IMG/VR virus record: IMGVR_UViG_3300009506_000002
Location: 78,378-142,377 of that record
Direction: 5' to 3' (one strand)
DNA: 64,000 bases
From: a virus
Each line of letters begins with the position of its first letter. Position 1 is the stretch's first letter. Shown here one piece after another: positions 9,707-18,473 of the stretch. Both the position numbers and the translations under genes were made by a program. Below the pieces are notes generated by a model. It was given only the letters and a program-made list of their open reading frames with translations, had not been told where the DNA came from and made no database searches.

Positions 9707-10007
9707 CTCTGGTTAAGATAACAGTCAAGTTTTTGGCGATGTTCAATGCGCCAACAGGGTTCGCTGAATGAACACCGAAGCTAAAGCACTTTGGGATGAA
9801 ATTTCCCATTTCGAGATCAGTTTCGATCATCCAGTTTACCACAATCATAGCGGTGTCATCTCCGCCCAGGTCATGGTCAAAACTGATATAGTCAGGGCAG
9901 CCTTCACTAAGCATGTAGGAAATGGCTTCTGCAGAACTACGCAATATAGCGTCGAACACACCCTTTGGGTCACGATCATCGTCAATGTAAATTCGAATCA
10001 TGATCAA
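9684..10007 (-). CDS. Cyclic-phosphate-processing receiver-domain protein
   Basis: IYIDDDRDP, ISFDHDLG, VHSANPVGA; upstream of RNA ligase. Confidence 0.8.
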   Translation of the reverse strand: MIMIRIYIDDDRDPKGVFDAILRSSAEAISYMLSEGCPDYISFDHDLGGDDTAMIVVNWMIETDLEMGNFIPKCFSFGVHSANPVGALNIAKNLTVILTRGDYDPND

Positions 10008-10022
10008 CTCCTGCGTGCTGCA

Positions 10023-10051
10023 ATACTACACGAACACGCAGGAGTTGTCAA
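10023..10051 (-). promoter_or_regulatory. sigma70-type early promoter
   Basis: TTGACA-N17-TAGTAT. Confidence 0.8.
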
Positions 10052-10055
10052 GTTT

Positions 10056-10358
10056 TTATTCGTCGTAGATGAACAGAACATCATCTTCAGTGATGACGGT
10101 ACACTCCTTGTCGTCCCACGGTCCTGTCTTGCCAGCGTAGCCAGTGAACAGGATCCGGTCACCAACCTTGACAGACATCTCCTTGCGGGTAGTGCCATCA
10201 GGAAGGAAAGCGCCCGGGCCAACTGCTACGATGGTGCCGGACTTTGGTGGATGCTCATGCTTCGGGGTATCCGGAAGGATGATACCGCCATCAGAGACGG
10301 TCTGCACCGGATCGAGAATCAGAGCAATACGGTCGAGGATGGGTCTTACGCGCGCCAT
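10056..10358 (-). CDS. groES: Co-chaperonin GroES family
   Basis: RPILDRI, GGIILPD, GTIVAVGPG, VKVGDRILF..YAG. Confidence 0.92.
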   Translation of the reverse strand: MARVRPILDRIALILDPVQTVSDGGIILPDTPKHEHPPKSGTIVAVGPGAFLPDGTTRKEMSVKVGDRILFTGYAGKTGPWDDKECTVITEDDVLFIYDE

Positions 10359-10645
10359 CAGACAGTAAGTACCTTACCGAAATGCTTGGCATAGGCGTCT
10401 TCGATGAACTTCATCTCATTGATGATCGTTGCATGGAACATCACCTGCGCAGACTTGAGCGGCAGGATGCGGGTTTCGCCCTTGGTCAGGTTGAAGTATG
10501 GCGCATAAGGAACCAGCTCCATTCCGCCCTTGCCATCAGGCATGCCGACAACCGGGTTCTCGATGACTACCTGTTCAGCAGTCTCTTCGACCAGGTACCC
10601 GACGAACTCTTCGCCGGTGATCAGTTTGAAAATTCGAATACTCAT
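10358..10645 (-). CDS. Sm-like fold protein typical of T4-like phages
   Basis: IRIFKLITGEEFVG...IENP...LVPYAPY. Confidence 0.65.
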   Translation of the reverse strand: MSIRIFKLITGEEFVGYLVEETAEQVVIENPVVGMPDGKGGMELVPYAPYFNLTKGETRILPLKSAQVMFHATIINEMKFIEDAYAKHFGKVLTV

Positions 10646-10674
10646 TCGTTCTCCTTGTGGATGTAAAGGTACTA

Positions 10675-10703
10675 ATTGTACAGGTTTTGGGTTAGCTTGT
10701 CAA
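10675..10703 (-). promoter_or_regulatory. sigma70-type early promoter
   Basis: TTGACA-N17-TACAAT. Confidence 0.8.
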
Positions 10704-10710
10704 GCTCTTT

Positions 10711-10923
10711 TTAGCTGGCAGCAATCCAAGCCCAACCGATAAAGGCAACAATGAACCAGCGCCACGGGCGATAGACTCGCTGATAGCCCTTGCACATATC
10801 GCTGATCTGCTTCGGGCTGCCCTCATAGCCCCAGCCGAGTGTGGAATGAAGCATGAACGCAATAGAGCCGAATACAGCCAAGCCCCAGGCGATGATGTTC
10901 AGAAATGTGTTAAGCGTTTCCAT
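10711..10923 (-). CDS. Small 2-TM membrane protein
   Basis: Two hydrophobic helices; GGAGG RBS. Confidence 0.7.
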   Translation of the reverse strand: METLNTFLNIIAWGLAVFGSIAFMLHSTLGWGYEGSPKQISDMCKGYQRVYRPWRWFIVAFIGWAWIAAS

Positions 10924-11380
10924 GATAATCCTCCTTCATGATAACAATAGGGTCACCGCCATTGGAATCAAGAATGGCGTCGTTCTGTCCGTCACGCTGA
11001 ATCGGGATACCCGCAGTTTGCAGCATATCGAGTTTGATGATTGCCACGCGATCCTGTTCTGACAGGAGAGGCGCGCCACACTCAGGGCAGCGATCATAGA
11101 GGTGATCAGCCATGTTCGCAAGCGTATCAGTCTGATAGCCGCATCCCTCGGTGTCACAGTAGAGCAATCCCTGCAGTGCCGGCGGCGTGAACAGCTCTTC
11201 GAGATATGAGCCAGTGATGTCGTTATCCCAGCCTAGCTCCTCATCGATCTCTGCGCCAGTTACAGCGTCGAACTTCCATGGGCCACAATAGATGAAGCCG
11301 TTGGCAATTTCAGACACCTTAAGGCGCATCTTTGTGCCAGCCAGGTTTCGTGTTACTTGTTGACCTACTTCGATAGTCAT
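10910..11380 (-). CDS. Hypothetical zinc-ribbon protein
   Basis: CDTEGC...CPECG. Confidence 0.65.
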   Translation of the reverse strand: MTIEVGQQVTRNLAGTKMRLKVSEIANGFIYCGPWKFDAVTGAEIDEELGWDNDITGSYLEELFTPPALQGLLYCDTEGCGYQTDTLANMADHLYDRCPECGAPLLSEQDRVAIIKLDMLQTAGIPIQRDGQNDAILDSNGGDPIVIMKEDYHGNA

Positions 11381-11382
11381 GA

Positions 11383-11607
11383 TTATTTGCTCCTACGCGG
11401 TTGATTGCAATCTGATGATACCCACAGCAAAAAGCCTGGAAGCATGAAACCCCAACCAAACAAGGTATCGGTATGGTAACCTCCGCCAGTGATGGCAGAG
11501 TAGACGGCGTTGGCTCCTGCTATGATGAAGCCAAAGAAACACCACACAAGGAGCAAACGCTCAAAGTATGAGGTCTCGTCATTGTAGCGCTTGAAAGGAT
11601 TCTTCAT
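11383..11607 (-). CDS. Small membrane protein
   Basis: Two hydrophobic segments. Confidence 0.65.
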   Translation of the reverse strand: MKNPFKRYNDETSYFERLLLVWCFFGFIIAGANAVYSAITGGGYHTDTLFGWGFMLPGFLLWVSSDCNQPRRSK

Positions 11608-11756
11608 GAGAAGGACTTCACAATGATATAGCCTAGAACACCGGAAGTGGTCACGCTAGATGCGAGAAACGATTTCAATGTTGGGGCTCCACTAAACAGA
11701 CACCAGGTTGTGTAACCTGAGCCTGTGAGAATAAATCCTAATGCGACTGCGTCCAT
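11604..11756 (-). CDS. 50-aa membrane peptide (not in ORF track)
   Basis: AGGAG RBS; MDAVALGFILTG...GYIIVKSFS; ATGA overlap with next gene. Confidence 0.65.
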   Translation of the reverse strand: MDAVALGFILTGSGYTTWCLFSGAPTLKSFLASSVTTSGVLGYIIVKSFS

Positions 11757-11790
11757 TACTTATAACTCCTTTCACTCACAGATTAACGTA

Positions 11791-11819
11791 AGTCTACACG
11801 AAAACGGGGCCGTTGTCAA
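11791..11819 (-). promoter_or_regulatory. sigma70-type early promoter
   Basis: TTGACA-N17-TAGACT. Confidence 0.8.
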
Positions 11820-12169
11820 GTCCTGTTCCCATCAAGGGCTTTGTCTACAATGTCAGCGATTGCAGCCATGCCGCGCACAGAGTCGCCGTTGTACAGCATC
11901 AGAGTCTCTTCAATGCGGATGAGGGCTCGAAGGTTCTTGTCACGGTTTCTGGTGAAAGCATGTGCCTTCGCGTGCGCTTCAATGATATGCTTGCCCTTAC
12001 GGCGGTCGCTGGTATAGTCGAGTATCTTATCTCCCCACTTCACAGTCCAGTCGCCGTCAACCAGCTCCCCAAACTCCACGGAGACAACGATGTCATCCAC
12101 CACACCAAACAGGTCGATGGTCGAGTTCTGACTTGCCTCTTCCCAGTTTGTCCAGATTACGTTCATCAT
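11816..12169 (-). CDS. Hypothetical protein
   Basis: GAGGAG RBS; stop in -35 box. Confidence 0.65.
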   Translation of the reverse strand: MMNVIWTNWEEASQNSTIDLFGVVDDIVVSVEFGELVDGDWTVKWGDKILDYTSDRRKGKHIIEAHAKAHAFTRNRDKNLRALIRIEETLMLYNGDSVRGMAAIADIVDKALDGNRT

Positions 12170-12324
12170 GTTTTCTTCTCCTCTTGTCTGCGCATGGTGT
12201 CAACGTGCGAGAACCACAACCCATATCGATGCCACGTACAAAGCGGGTAAGGTTGCGCGCGTATGTGTTCATCTCGGGCATATACCATGCCTGTTTTGCC
12301 ATGCGTGAGGCTGCTGCCGCGAGA

Positions 12325-12417
12325 CTAATTAGAGTTTGTCCTTATTGTGGTAAACGCGGCAAAGGTGGCAACATGACTAGGTATCATTTTGAGAACTGCT
12401 CTTTAGTCCAAGTTTAA
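12325..12417 (+). pseudogene. C-terminal remnant of a homing endonuclease (zinc-ribbon tail)
   Basis: CPYCGKRGKGGNMTRYHFENC motif with no upstream catalytic domain. Confidence 0.65.
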
Positions 12418-12619
12418 TTCGCTTGACTTTGAAGCCACCCTCTTCGAACAGCACAACGAGCTGCTCCATTGGGATGTCAGTCACGACGTCGTAGTCATTA
12501 GGAACCTTGCCACTCAGAAGGTCGCGAACTGCGCCACCGACAATGAAGTTGTTGTCGGAGTGGGCATTCAGCACCATCAAGAAGGGCAGCAATTTGAAAG
12601 GGGCATGGTTTTCGAACAT
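12377..12619 (-). pseudogene. Truncated tRNA nucleotidyltransferase (CCA-adding/poly(A) polymerase N-terminus)
   Basis: IVGGAVRDLL...DYDVVT catalytic motif; frame ends after about 80 aa. Confidence 0.8.
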
Positions 12620-12651
12620 AATCAACTCCTGTTCACTCACTCAATAGTGAA

Positions 12652-12680
12652 AGTCTACACGAAACGGAACCTTTTGTCAA
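12652..12680 (-). promoter_or_regulatory. sigma70-type early promoter with conserved leader
   Basis: TTGACA-N17-TAGACT then TTGAGTGAGTGAACAGGAG. Confidence 0.85.
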
Positions 12681-12880
12681 ACGATTTTTCTCAAATACTG
12701 GTAGGCTTCGAGCAGCTTCTTCTCAGAGAGATCGGTAAGCACTCGCAGGTTCCATTCCCAGCCAGATTTGCTGAAACTGCCAAGATCGCAGATAAGTGGG
12801 TTTATTGATTGGGTATAGGACGGAGAGCACGACTTGACCAGCTTTAGCAGGTCGCCCTTGTCGAGCTCTACCGGCACCAT
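12677..12880 (-). CDS. Hypothetical protein
   Basis: ORF; stop in -35 box. Confidence 0.6.
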   Translation of the reverse strand: MVPVELDKGDLLKLVKSCSPSYTQSINPLICDLGSFSKSGWEWNLRVLTDLSEKKLLEAYQYLRKIV

Positions 12881-12881
12881 T

Positions 12882-13187
12882 TTACAGTGCGAACTTCTCG
12901 TTCAGGATGGCGATGACTTCTGGAGTAAGATCGCTCTTACCATAGTCACCAACACGATAGCTCGGGGTCTCTGTGCCATAAGAAAGGATGACTGACTTCA
13001 CGACATCATCGATCTGGCGCTTGCCAAACTCTTTGATATAGTCGGTGATCTGGTTGTCATCGAGGTGGCAAACGTCACAGATCAAGAAGACTGCAATGTC
13101 TTCGACAGTGAAATACTGCTCGGGGAAGCGAATTTGGAAGCCCTGCTTCACCTGATCGTTTGCTGTTTTAACTTTAGTTGGTTTCAT
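12882..13187 (-). CDS. Hypothetical protein
   Basis: ATG at 13187 after AGGAG. Confidence 0.7.
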   Translation of the reverse strand: MKPTKVKTANDQVKQGFQIRFPEQYFTVEDIAVFLICDVCHLDDNQITDYIKEFGKRQIDDVVKSVILSYGTETPSYRVGDYGKSDLTPEVIAILNEKFAL

Positions 13188-13219
13188 GAATAACTCCTGT
13201 TCACTCACTCAATGGTGAT

Positions 13220-13248
13220 ATTCTAGCACAAAAGGTGCCGTTTGTCAA
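13220..13248 (-). promoter_or_regulatory. sigma70-type early promoter
   Basis: TTGACA-N17-TAGAAT. Confidence 0.8.
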
Positions 13249-13505
13249 GCGGTATCTTTCATCAGCTCCAGGCATTGGTCAATCAGTGCAGGTACGGCAG
13301 CAATAGCAAGAACATCGCCTTCAATGCCCTCATAGCTGTCGGTCACCTGAATCATGCGATCACCTAGTGATGAACACTCGGGCACATAGAAGTACCCGTC
13401 CTCGTCAGGCGTGGTGTCAATAGGTCCTCTATTGCCTACCCACTCCCAGCGCCCTTCCGTAATACCGTCACGTAGGGCTTCGAGCTGCTCGCGCGTGAAT
13501 GTCAC
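13245..13505 (-). CDS. Hypothetical protein (Ead/Ea22-like pattern)
   Basis: EQLEAL..GIT.GRWEW...IAAVPALID; GTG start. Confidence 0.5.
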   Translation of the reverse strand: MTFTREQLEALRDGITEGRWEWVGNRGPIDTTPDEDGYFYVPECSSLGDRMIQVTDSYEGIEGDVLAIAAVPALIDQCLELMKDTA

Positions 13506-13832
13506 TTCTGTTCTGCCTTCCTGCGCGCGCGTGCCATTTTGCGGCGGCAGTGTGAACAGTATCCAGCATCGAAACGTTTCTTGTTGTCCTTGATGTACTG
13601 GCGCAGGATCTCGGTCTCGCAACCTTCAGTCTTGCACATAACGAATCCTGGCATTGGAACGGGAATCTTGTTGATCATTCAGAATCTCCTAATACTTGGT
13701 TGACAATGTGGCACGGATTGTCCTTGCCAGCACGAATATCTTTCAGAGCTTGTACGAGCTTTTCGTTGCGCTCATCAAGAGCGACTATCGCACCATTCAG
13801 CGCGCGGATGATGACGTCCTTATCGTATTCCA

Positions 13833-14060
13833 TCAGTCCTCCATGTACTTGAGGAACTGGCGTGGGACCTCGATCATCTTGTTGTCACTTGGGATGTTAC
13901 CGCCTGCACCAATGCGCAGGTCCTGCAGGAACAGGTCAAGGTTTTCACGCAGACGGCTTGCTCCGCCATCGTTTGATGAACCAGAGTATCCTGCGTCTGA
14001 TTCCAGCTTATCCGCTGCACGCAAGACCCTGATCTTTATTCCATATACCGATTGAATCAT
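13833..14060 (-). CDS. Hypothetical protein
   Basis: AGGAG RBS; ESDAGYSGSSNDGGA motif. Confidence 0.6.
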   Translation of the reverse strand: MIQSVYGIKIRVLRAADKLESDAGYSGSSNDGGASRLRENLDLFLQDLRIGAGGNIPSDNKMIEVPRQFLKYMED

Positions 14061-14079
14061 AATGTACTCTCCTATTGTT

Positions 14080-14313
14080 CTACTGAATGTTGCTCTCGGG
14101 CAGTCTCTCGATGTCGATGAACTCGATCTGCTCGGGGTTGAATACACGGGTGATGGTGCTATCACCCATCTCAACCTCAAAGGAAATGCTTGGCAGGTCA
14201 CGCATCGAAGCGATCCGAGCCAGGTACTTCTCTTTGTAGTATTTCTCGGACACTGGCGCAACCGTATGAGATTCACCTGCCAGTGTGACGACGGTAATCA
14301 AGATCATGCTCAC
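14080..14313 (-). CDS. Hypothetical protein
   Basis: ORF in run. Confidence 0.55.
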   Translation of the reverse strand: MSMILITVVTLAGESHTVAPVSEKYYKEKYLARIASMRDLPSISFEVEMGDSTITRVFNPEQIEFIDIERLPESNIQ

Positions 14314-14547
14314 TTATTCACCCCACTGCAGGCGACGCTTGCGAACAAGCTCGATTGACGCAATTGATGGGATGTAGAAGATGTAGTTGCTGCCATGCTT
14401 CTGAAAGCGCATGTAGTCCAGTGATCCTGGGTCGAGCATCTTCTGATACATCGCATCTGCGTGATCTTCTTCCTGCAACTGTGAACGGAAAGTCTTTCCG
14501 TCAACTGTGCGAACTACGATTTGAAACTTTTTGACGATACGAACCAT
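14314..14547 (-). CDS. Hypothetical protein
   Basis: GGAGG RBS; overlap with upstream stop. Confidence 0.55.
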   Translation of the reverse strand: MVRIVKKFQIVVRTVDGKTFRSQLQEEDHADAMYQKMLDPGSLDYMRFQKHGSNYIFYIPSIASIELVRKRRLQWGE

Positions 14548-15098
14548 TATTGGTTGTCCTCCTTCTTGATCAGGTCGTCGACACTTTCCCACTTGCTTTC
14601 AGTCTCATTCCAGACCTGTCGCAGGTACCTTGCGCCGTTTGTGGTGATGTACTCACCTTCACTCCAGGTGTCACCGCGATCGATCAGCTCGATGCCGCGG
14701 ATTGAAGTATTTTCCCCGCTTTCACCTGGGTGCTTGTGTTTGATTTCCAGTACACATCGGATGCGCAGGCCCCCTCGTCCAGTGAATCGGACAATGCTGC
14801 CTACCTTCAGGTTCTCGCGTGCCCAACGTTCACGGCGCTGGTCAGCATCCTGCTTCTTCTGGCGAGTCTCTTTGCGGATACGGTCGTCATCAGGACGAAG
14901 CATTATTGCCAGAGCGCCAACATCGAGGTTGATCTCCAGAATGCGCTTCTCGAGCTTGCGCTTTTCCTCAAGAAGAGTCTTTTGTTGCGCACGCCAATCG
15001 GTTACGTTACGACCAAGTCTGCCAGTGGCAATGACTTCTGCGCAGCGCTCTTCTTTCAGGCGCTTCTCGCGCTCGTATGGTGATTCCCAACGTCTCAT
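14547..15098 (-). CDS. Hypothetical basic coiled-coil protein
   Basis: 183-aa ORF. Confidence 0.7.
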   Translation of the reverse strand: MRRWESPYEREKRLKEERCAEVIATGRLGRNVTDWRAQQKTLLEEKRKLEKRILEINLDVGALAIMLRPDDDRIRKETRQKKQDADQRRERWARENLKVGSIVRFTGRGGLRIRCVLEIKHKHPGESGENTSIRGIELIDRGDTWSEGEYITTNGARYLRQVWNETESKWESVDDLIKKEDNQ

Positions 15099-15101
15099 GA
15101 T

Positions 15102-15479
15102 TTACTCTACCTCTCCGGTGTAGAATCCAATGCCTACAATTTTCTGAATCTCGACGACACTGTCGTTCAATTTGCCAATGCTCGAAAGGCCAGTGAACAT
15201 AGACTTGTCGTTTTCAATGATTGATTTAATCAATGCTCCCGCAGGGGTATCGAGAATTTTGATACTTGCGATGATATTGCCATCGTCATCCATGCGCATC
15301 GACTCAACGATGTGAGATGCTCTTGATGGATCATCTGTTAAACCATCAAAGGTGCAGACAGCCGGACCCTTGAACTCTTCGACTGCTTTGCGCAGTGTCT
15401 CCTCAGGATAAATGCGACCATACGTTGACGTTGGAACGCCTGCCTTTGGAAGATCAATATTGTATTCTTTTGTCATCAT
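15102..15479 (-). CDS. Short prohead-protease (gp21)-like protein
   Basis: GRIYP, ASHI, IKILDTPAG.LIK, GLSSIG resemble gp21 motifs. Confidence 0.65.
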   Translation of the reverse strand: MMTKEYNIDLPKAGVPTSTYGRIYPEETLRKAVEEFKGPAVCTFDGLTDDPSRASHIVESMRMDDDGNIIASIKILDTPAGALIKSIIENDKSMFTGLSSIGKLNDSVVEIQKIVGIGFYTGEVE

Positions 15480-15916
15480 TTACCCCAGTCGAGTTTCAGT
15501 GGTTCAACATAAACCAGATTTGCTTCCAAAGCAGGAATATTTATTGGCTTGCCATCAGGCCGCCAGTCTCCAACATCGTAACTCAAGGTCACGTGCGGGA
15601 CGAAGTTGTCATACGCATGAGGGTAGCCTCTGCTTAACCATTCCTCATGGCGGCGCTGAATTCCAGGACTATCGAGTACCAGCACAAGGACATTGCCCGA
15701 TTCAGTAGGCCATACCTCAAGATACCACGGCAGCGCAGTGAAATTGACTACTTCCCGGATATGTGGCGCTTCCGTGCGCTCCGTACAGTAAAGTACAGTG
15801 CTATGAAGCATTCCTTTAGGAACCGGGTTAGGAACCTGAATTTCTCGCGCAAAGCGATGTAAGTTACCCATGGATCGGCCATTGTATTTCACTCCTACGT
15901 AGACGCCGTCAGTCAT
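15476..15916 (-). CDS. acb1: Anti-CBASS 2H phosphodiesterase Acb1 (T4 gp57B)
   Basis: VPNPVP..LHSTVLY, LVLVLDS, PHVTLSY, EPLKLDW closely match T4 Acb1. Confidence 0.92.
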   Translation of the reverse strand: MTDGVYVGVKYNGRSMGNLHRFAREIQVPNPVPKGMLHSTVLYCTERTEAPHIREVVNFTALPWYLEVWPTESGNVLVLVLDSPGIQRRHEEWLSRGYPHAYDNFVPHVTLSYDVGDWRPDGKPINIPALEANLVYVEPLKLDWGK

Positions 15917-15937
15917 GACGCGCTCTCAACATTGTTG

Positions 15938-15966
15938 ATTCTAGCACGAACGGCTCCTTTTGTCAA
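15938..15966 (-). promoter_or_regulatory. sigma70-type early promoter
   Basis: TTGACA-N17-TAGAAT. Confidence 0.8.
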
Positions 15967-15976
15967 GTCTTTTTCT

Positions 15977-16210
15977 TCATCTGCCAGCTTGTAGCCACCG
16001 ATAACCTGCGCATAACTCACAGAGAGCGGGAGCGGTTTGACCCCATATCAGTCTCACCGCAGAAGTGCCCCATCCACGGATGCGAGCAACAAAAGCATCC
16101 CGATCATCGTCGGCGACCATCTCGTTGTTCGCATCCCAGATGTAGCCACATTCATACCGAAACGGTGGCTTGTAAAGGGCAAGTGCTGCCGCTCGAAGTT
16201 CGTTTGTCAT
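15977..16210 (-). CDS. Hypothetical protein
   Basis: YKPPFRY..GYIWDANNEMVAD...RIRGWG. Confidence 0.6.
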   Translation of the reverse strand: MTNELRAAALALYKPPFRYECGYIWDANNEMVADDDRDAFVARIRGWGTSAVRLIWGQTAPALCELCAGYRWLQAGR

Positions 16211-17346
16211 ACCAGCTCTCCTGCTTTAACCTTCCAGTCCTCGAACTTAGACTGCTTGCCGAGGTGGTTCTTCAGTTGGTCAACCACAAAGAGGAACACG
16301 TCCTCATCTGGGCGATCAAACAGACGGAACACGATGTTGCTGAAGGCAGCAGCACGATACTCGGACAGAGCAAAGTCCTTCTTGGTAGAGAACTTGGCCT
16401 TGGTAGCCACAGCCCAGGCACCTACTGCATCAATCAGCACATGCAGGTCACGGGCAAACTCGCCAAAGTAGACACGGTCAGACTCTTCGATGTATGGCAT
16501 GATGTCATCAATCGAAGCAGTCGCGTGGCAGTCAAGAACGAGCTGCGCGGTGATGTGTGGGTGGTTGAACATCTCCTTGATCTTGTGGCGCTTGACGTAC
16601 CACGGAGACTTGATCTTAACCGGGCCAGTCTCAACCAGCTCGACTACGACACCCTCATCGTTAGACATGTTCTCAACAACCTTCATGATGTCAACCAGAG
16701 TGGTAGACGGACCGAAAGCGAAGTGAGGAACAGTCTCTACGCCGTACTCGACGGCCTTGCGGAATACAGAACCCTTCTTGTGCTCGTATGCGCCAGTCTT
16801 GTTATCGCGTACAGCAATCAGACGCAGGAATGCGCGGTCATACTGCACCACGATCTTAGACGGGATGAAGTTCGGGTCGTGGAACTCAAAGATTGGAGTC
16901 AGGCCAGCGAAGATGCACTCCGCAACAAACGCCTTCATGCCAGTGGTCTGAGTCAGTGGGTGATGCTCGAGGTAGCGCTCAAACTCCTCTGCGACACGCT
17001 TAGTGCCCCAGATGATCTTACCATTGCACAGGAATGGTGCAACCATTGCGCCGTCGAGCTTAGTGGTCACAGACACGATGCCCTCGTTGACGAGGTCGCC
17101 AATCTGGGTGTGCTCCTTCTCGTTGACGTTGAAGAACTTGTGCAGCGGACGACGGATGACCTTGCCAGTTACGTTGTCGAAGATGATACCACGGCACTCG
17201 AGCGCCTCTGGTGAATCAAACGTATCTGGGAAGGCAACGTTGTAGGCTACGACAGTGTAACCATCGCGCACGTTGACGCCGATCTCATCCTTGTGAGCGA
17301 CAGCAGCCAGAAACTCGTCTTTGTTAGTGATGTATGGCAGAATCAT
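16207..17346 (-). CDS. rnlA: RNA ligase 1 family
   Basis: ECRGIIF, KFFNVNE, KLDG, TPIFEF, EGVVV, VKIKSPWY. Confidence 0.9.
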   Translation of the reverse strand: MILPYITNKDEFLAAVAHKDEIGVNVRDGYTVVAYNVAFPDTFDSPEALECRGIIFDNVTGKVIRRPLHKFFNVNEKEHTQIGDLVNEGIVSVTTKLDGAMVAPFLCNGKIIWGTKRVAEEFERYLEHHPLTQTTGMKAFVAECIFAGLTPIFEFHDPNFIPSKIVVQYDRAFLRLIAVRDNKTGAYEHKKGSVFRKAVEYGVETVPHFAFGPSTTLVDIMKVVENMSNDEGVVVELVETGPVKIKSPWYVKRHKIKEMFNHPHITAQLVLDCHATASIDDIMPYIEESDRVYFGEFARDLHVLIDAVGAWAVATKAKFSTKKDFALSEYRAAAFSNIVFRLFDRPDEDVFLFVVDQLKNHLGKQSKFEDWKVKAGELV

Positions 17347-17486
17347 TTAGAAGCCTCCGGGCACAGAACCAGAATAATACCGAACAGAAGCGCGCCACCG
17401 TAGAGGATACCTACTACAGCAAACGTGGAAAGCTTCTTTTTATCTTTGTTGTTTTGCATCAAAAACTCCTTTCACTCAATAACGCG

Positions 17487-17515
17487 ATTCTACACTAAAA
17501 CGGTGCCGTTGTCAA
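17487..17515 (-). promoter_or_regulatory. sigma70-type early promoter
   Basis: TTGACA-N17-TAGAAT. Confidence 0.8.
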
Positions 17516-17988
17516 GCACTTTCTGGCGCGTCGAGGTTCCAAGGATATTTGACGATCTCGTCGGTGATGACGTTGTGGAAATAGTCAGGAATGAAATCTG
17601 ACTTGGCTCGCAGGTCAATGGTTGCGGTGTATGTTTTGACGCCGTGGCCTTCAAGTGCTTTGACCAGTTGGCAGAGTGTATTGCCAGTGTCTGAGATGTC
17701 GTCGATGATCAACATGCACAGGTCTTCTGGGTTTGGTGCTTTGTCACAGTCAGGCGCGTGGATGTGGAGCTCTTTGGTTGGCATCATCCCACGACCTGCA
17801 GGAGAGGAGTAGAACGTGATTGTCAGTGGGAGGTCGAAGTAGTAGGCGACCATCGTAGCGGGAACAAGGCCACCACGCGCCACACCCAGGACATGAGTGA
17901 TGCCAGAGTAACGGAAGCGGTTAAAGACGTTCCGCGTGAACTTGTCAATATCTTCGTGGGTACGGGATAGGATCGTTCTGCTCGTCAT
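17512..17988 (-). CDS. Type I phosphoribosyltransferase (Gpt-like)
   Basis: GVARGGLVPA, IIDDISDTGNTL, YPW. Confidence 0.88.
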   Translation of the reverse strand: MTSRTILSRTHEDIDKFTRNVFNRFRYSGITHVLGVARGGLVPATMVAYYFDLPLTITFYSSPAGRGMMPTKELHIHAPDCDKAPNPEDLCMLIIDDISDTGNTLCQLVKALEGHGVKTYTATIDLRAKSDFIPDYFHNVITDEIVKYPWNLDAPESA

Positions 17989-18271
17989 GTTTTCTCCACC
18001 ATTCATTTATCAGCTCCGCACGTTCGGGCGTGCAGAAGTAGTCATCAAGGCATCCGCCATCTTCACAGACGGGGCAAACTGGCACATCGAAGTAGCCTGT
18101 CTCCCAGTCTCCGTCTTGCTCCATAGGGCAGTCAGCAATCAGGAACTCACCGCCACAGTCAGAGCAGCGCGCCATGTCACATGAAGGTAGACGCTTTGAT
18201 TCCTGAATCTGATCGAAGATCTTCATCAGATCAGGATGACCTGATTCAGTCAACGGCATATCATCCGACAT
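17945..18271 (-). CDS. Hypothetical zinc-ribbon protein
   Basis: CSDCG...CPVC. Confidence 0.6.
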   Translation of the reverse strand: MSDDMPLTESGHPDLMKIFDQIQESKRLPSCDMARCSDCGGEFLIADCPMEQDGDWETGYFDVPVCPVCEDGGCLDDYFCTPERAELINEWWRKHDEQNDPIPYPRRY

Positions 18272-18444
18272 CAGGAACTTCCCAAAGTGAAAGCAGGCGC
18301 AGACCTTCTTTGAAGTCAACCTTGGGTTGTGTCAGTGTCTCCCATTGCTAACGACGCTCTTCAGCACATGAAGGAGGGCAGCAAAGGTGACCACAATAAG
18401 GGCATGATTTTGGCATAGGTATAATAAACTCCTTCTGAGTGCTA

Positions 18445-18473
18445 AGTCTACTTGCCTTTCTTGGTCTTGTCAA
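18445..18473 (-). promoter_or_regulatory. sigma70-type early promoter
   Basis: TTGACA-N17-TAGACT. Confidence 0.75.

Noticed and set aside
12620-13208. Shared MSEQEL N-terminus as a targeting signal
   Set aside because: It is the translated promoter leader/RBS (GTGAGTGAACAGGAG); the true ATGs are at 12619 and 13187.
16165-17214. 349-aa plus-strand ORF and similar long antisense ORFs
   Set aside because: Antisense shadows of well-supported minus-strand genes, with no motifs or RBS.
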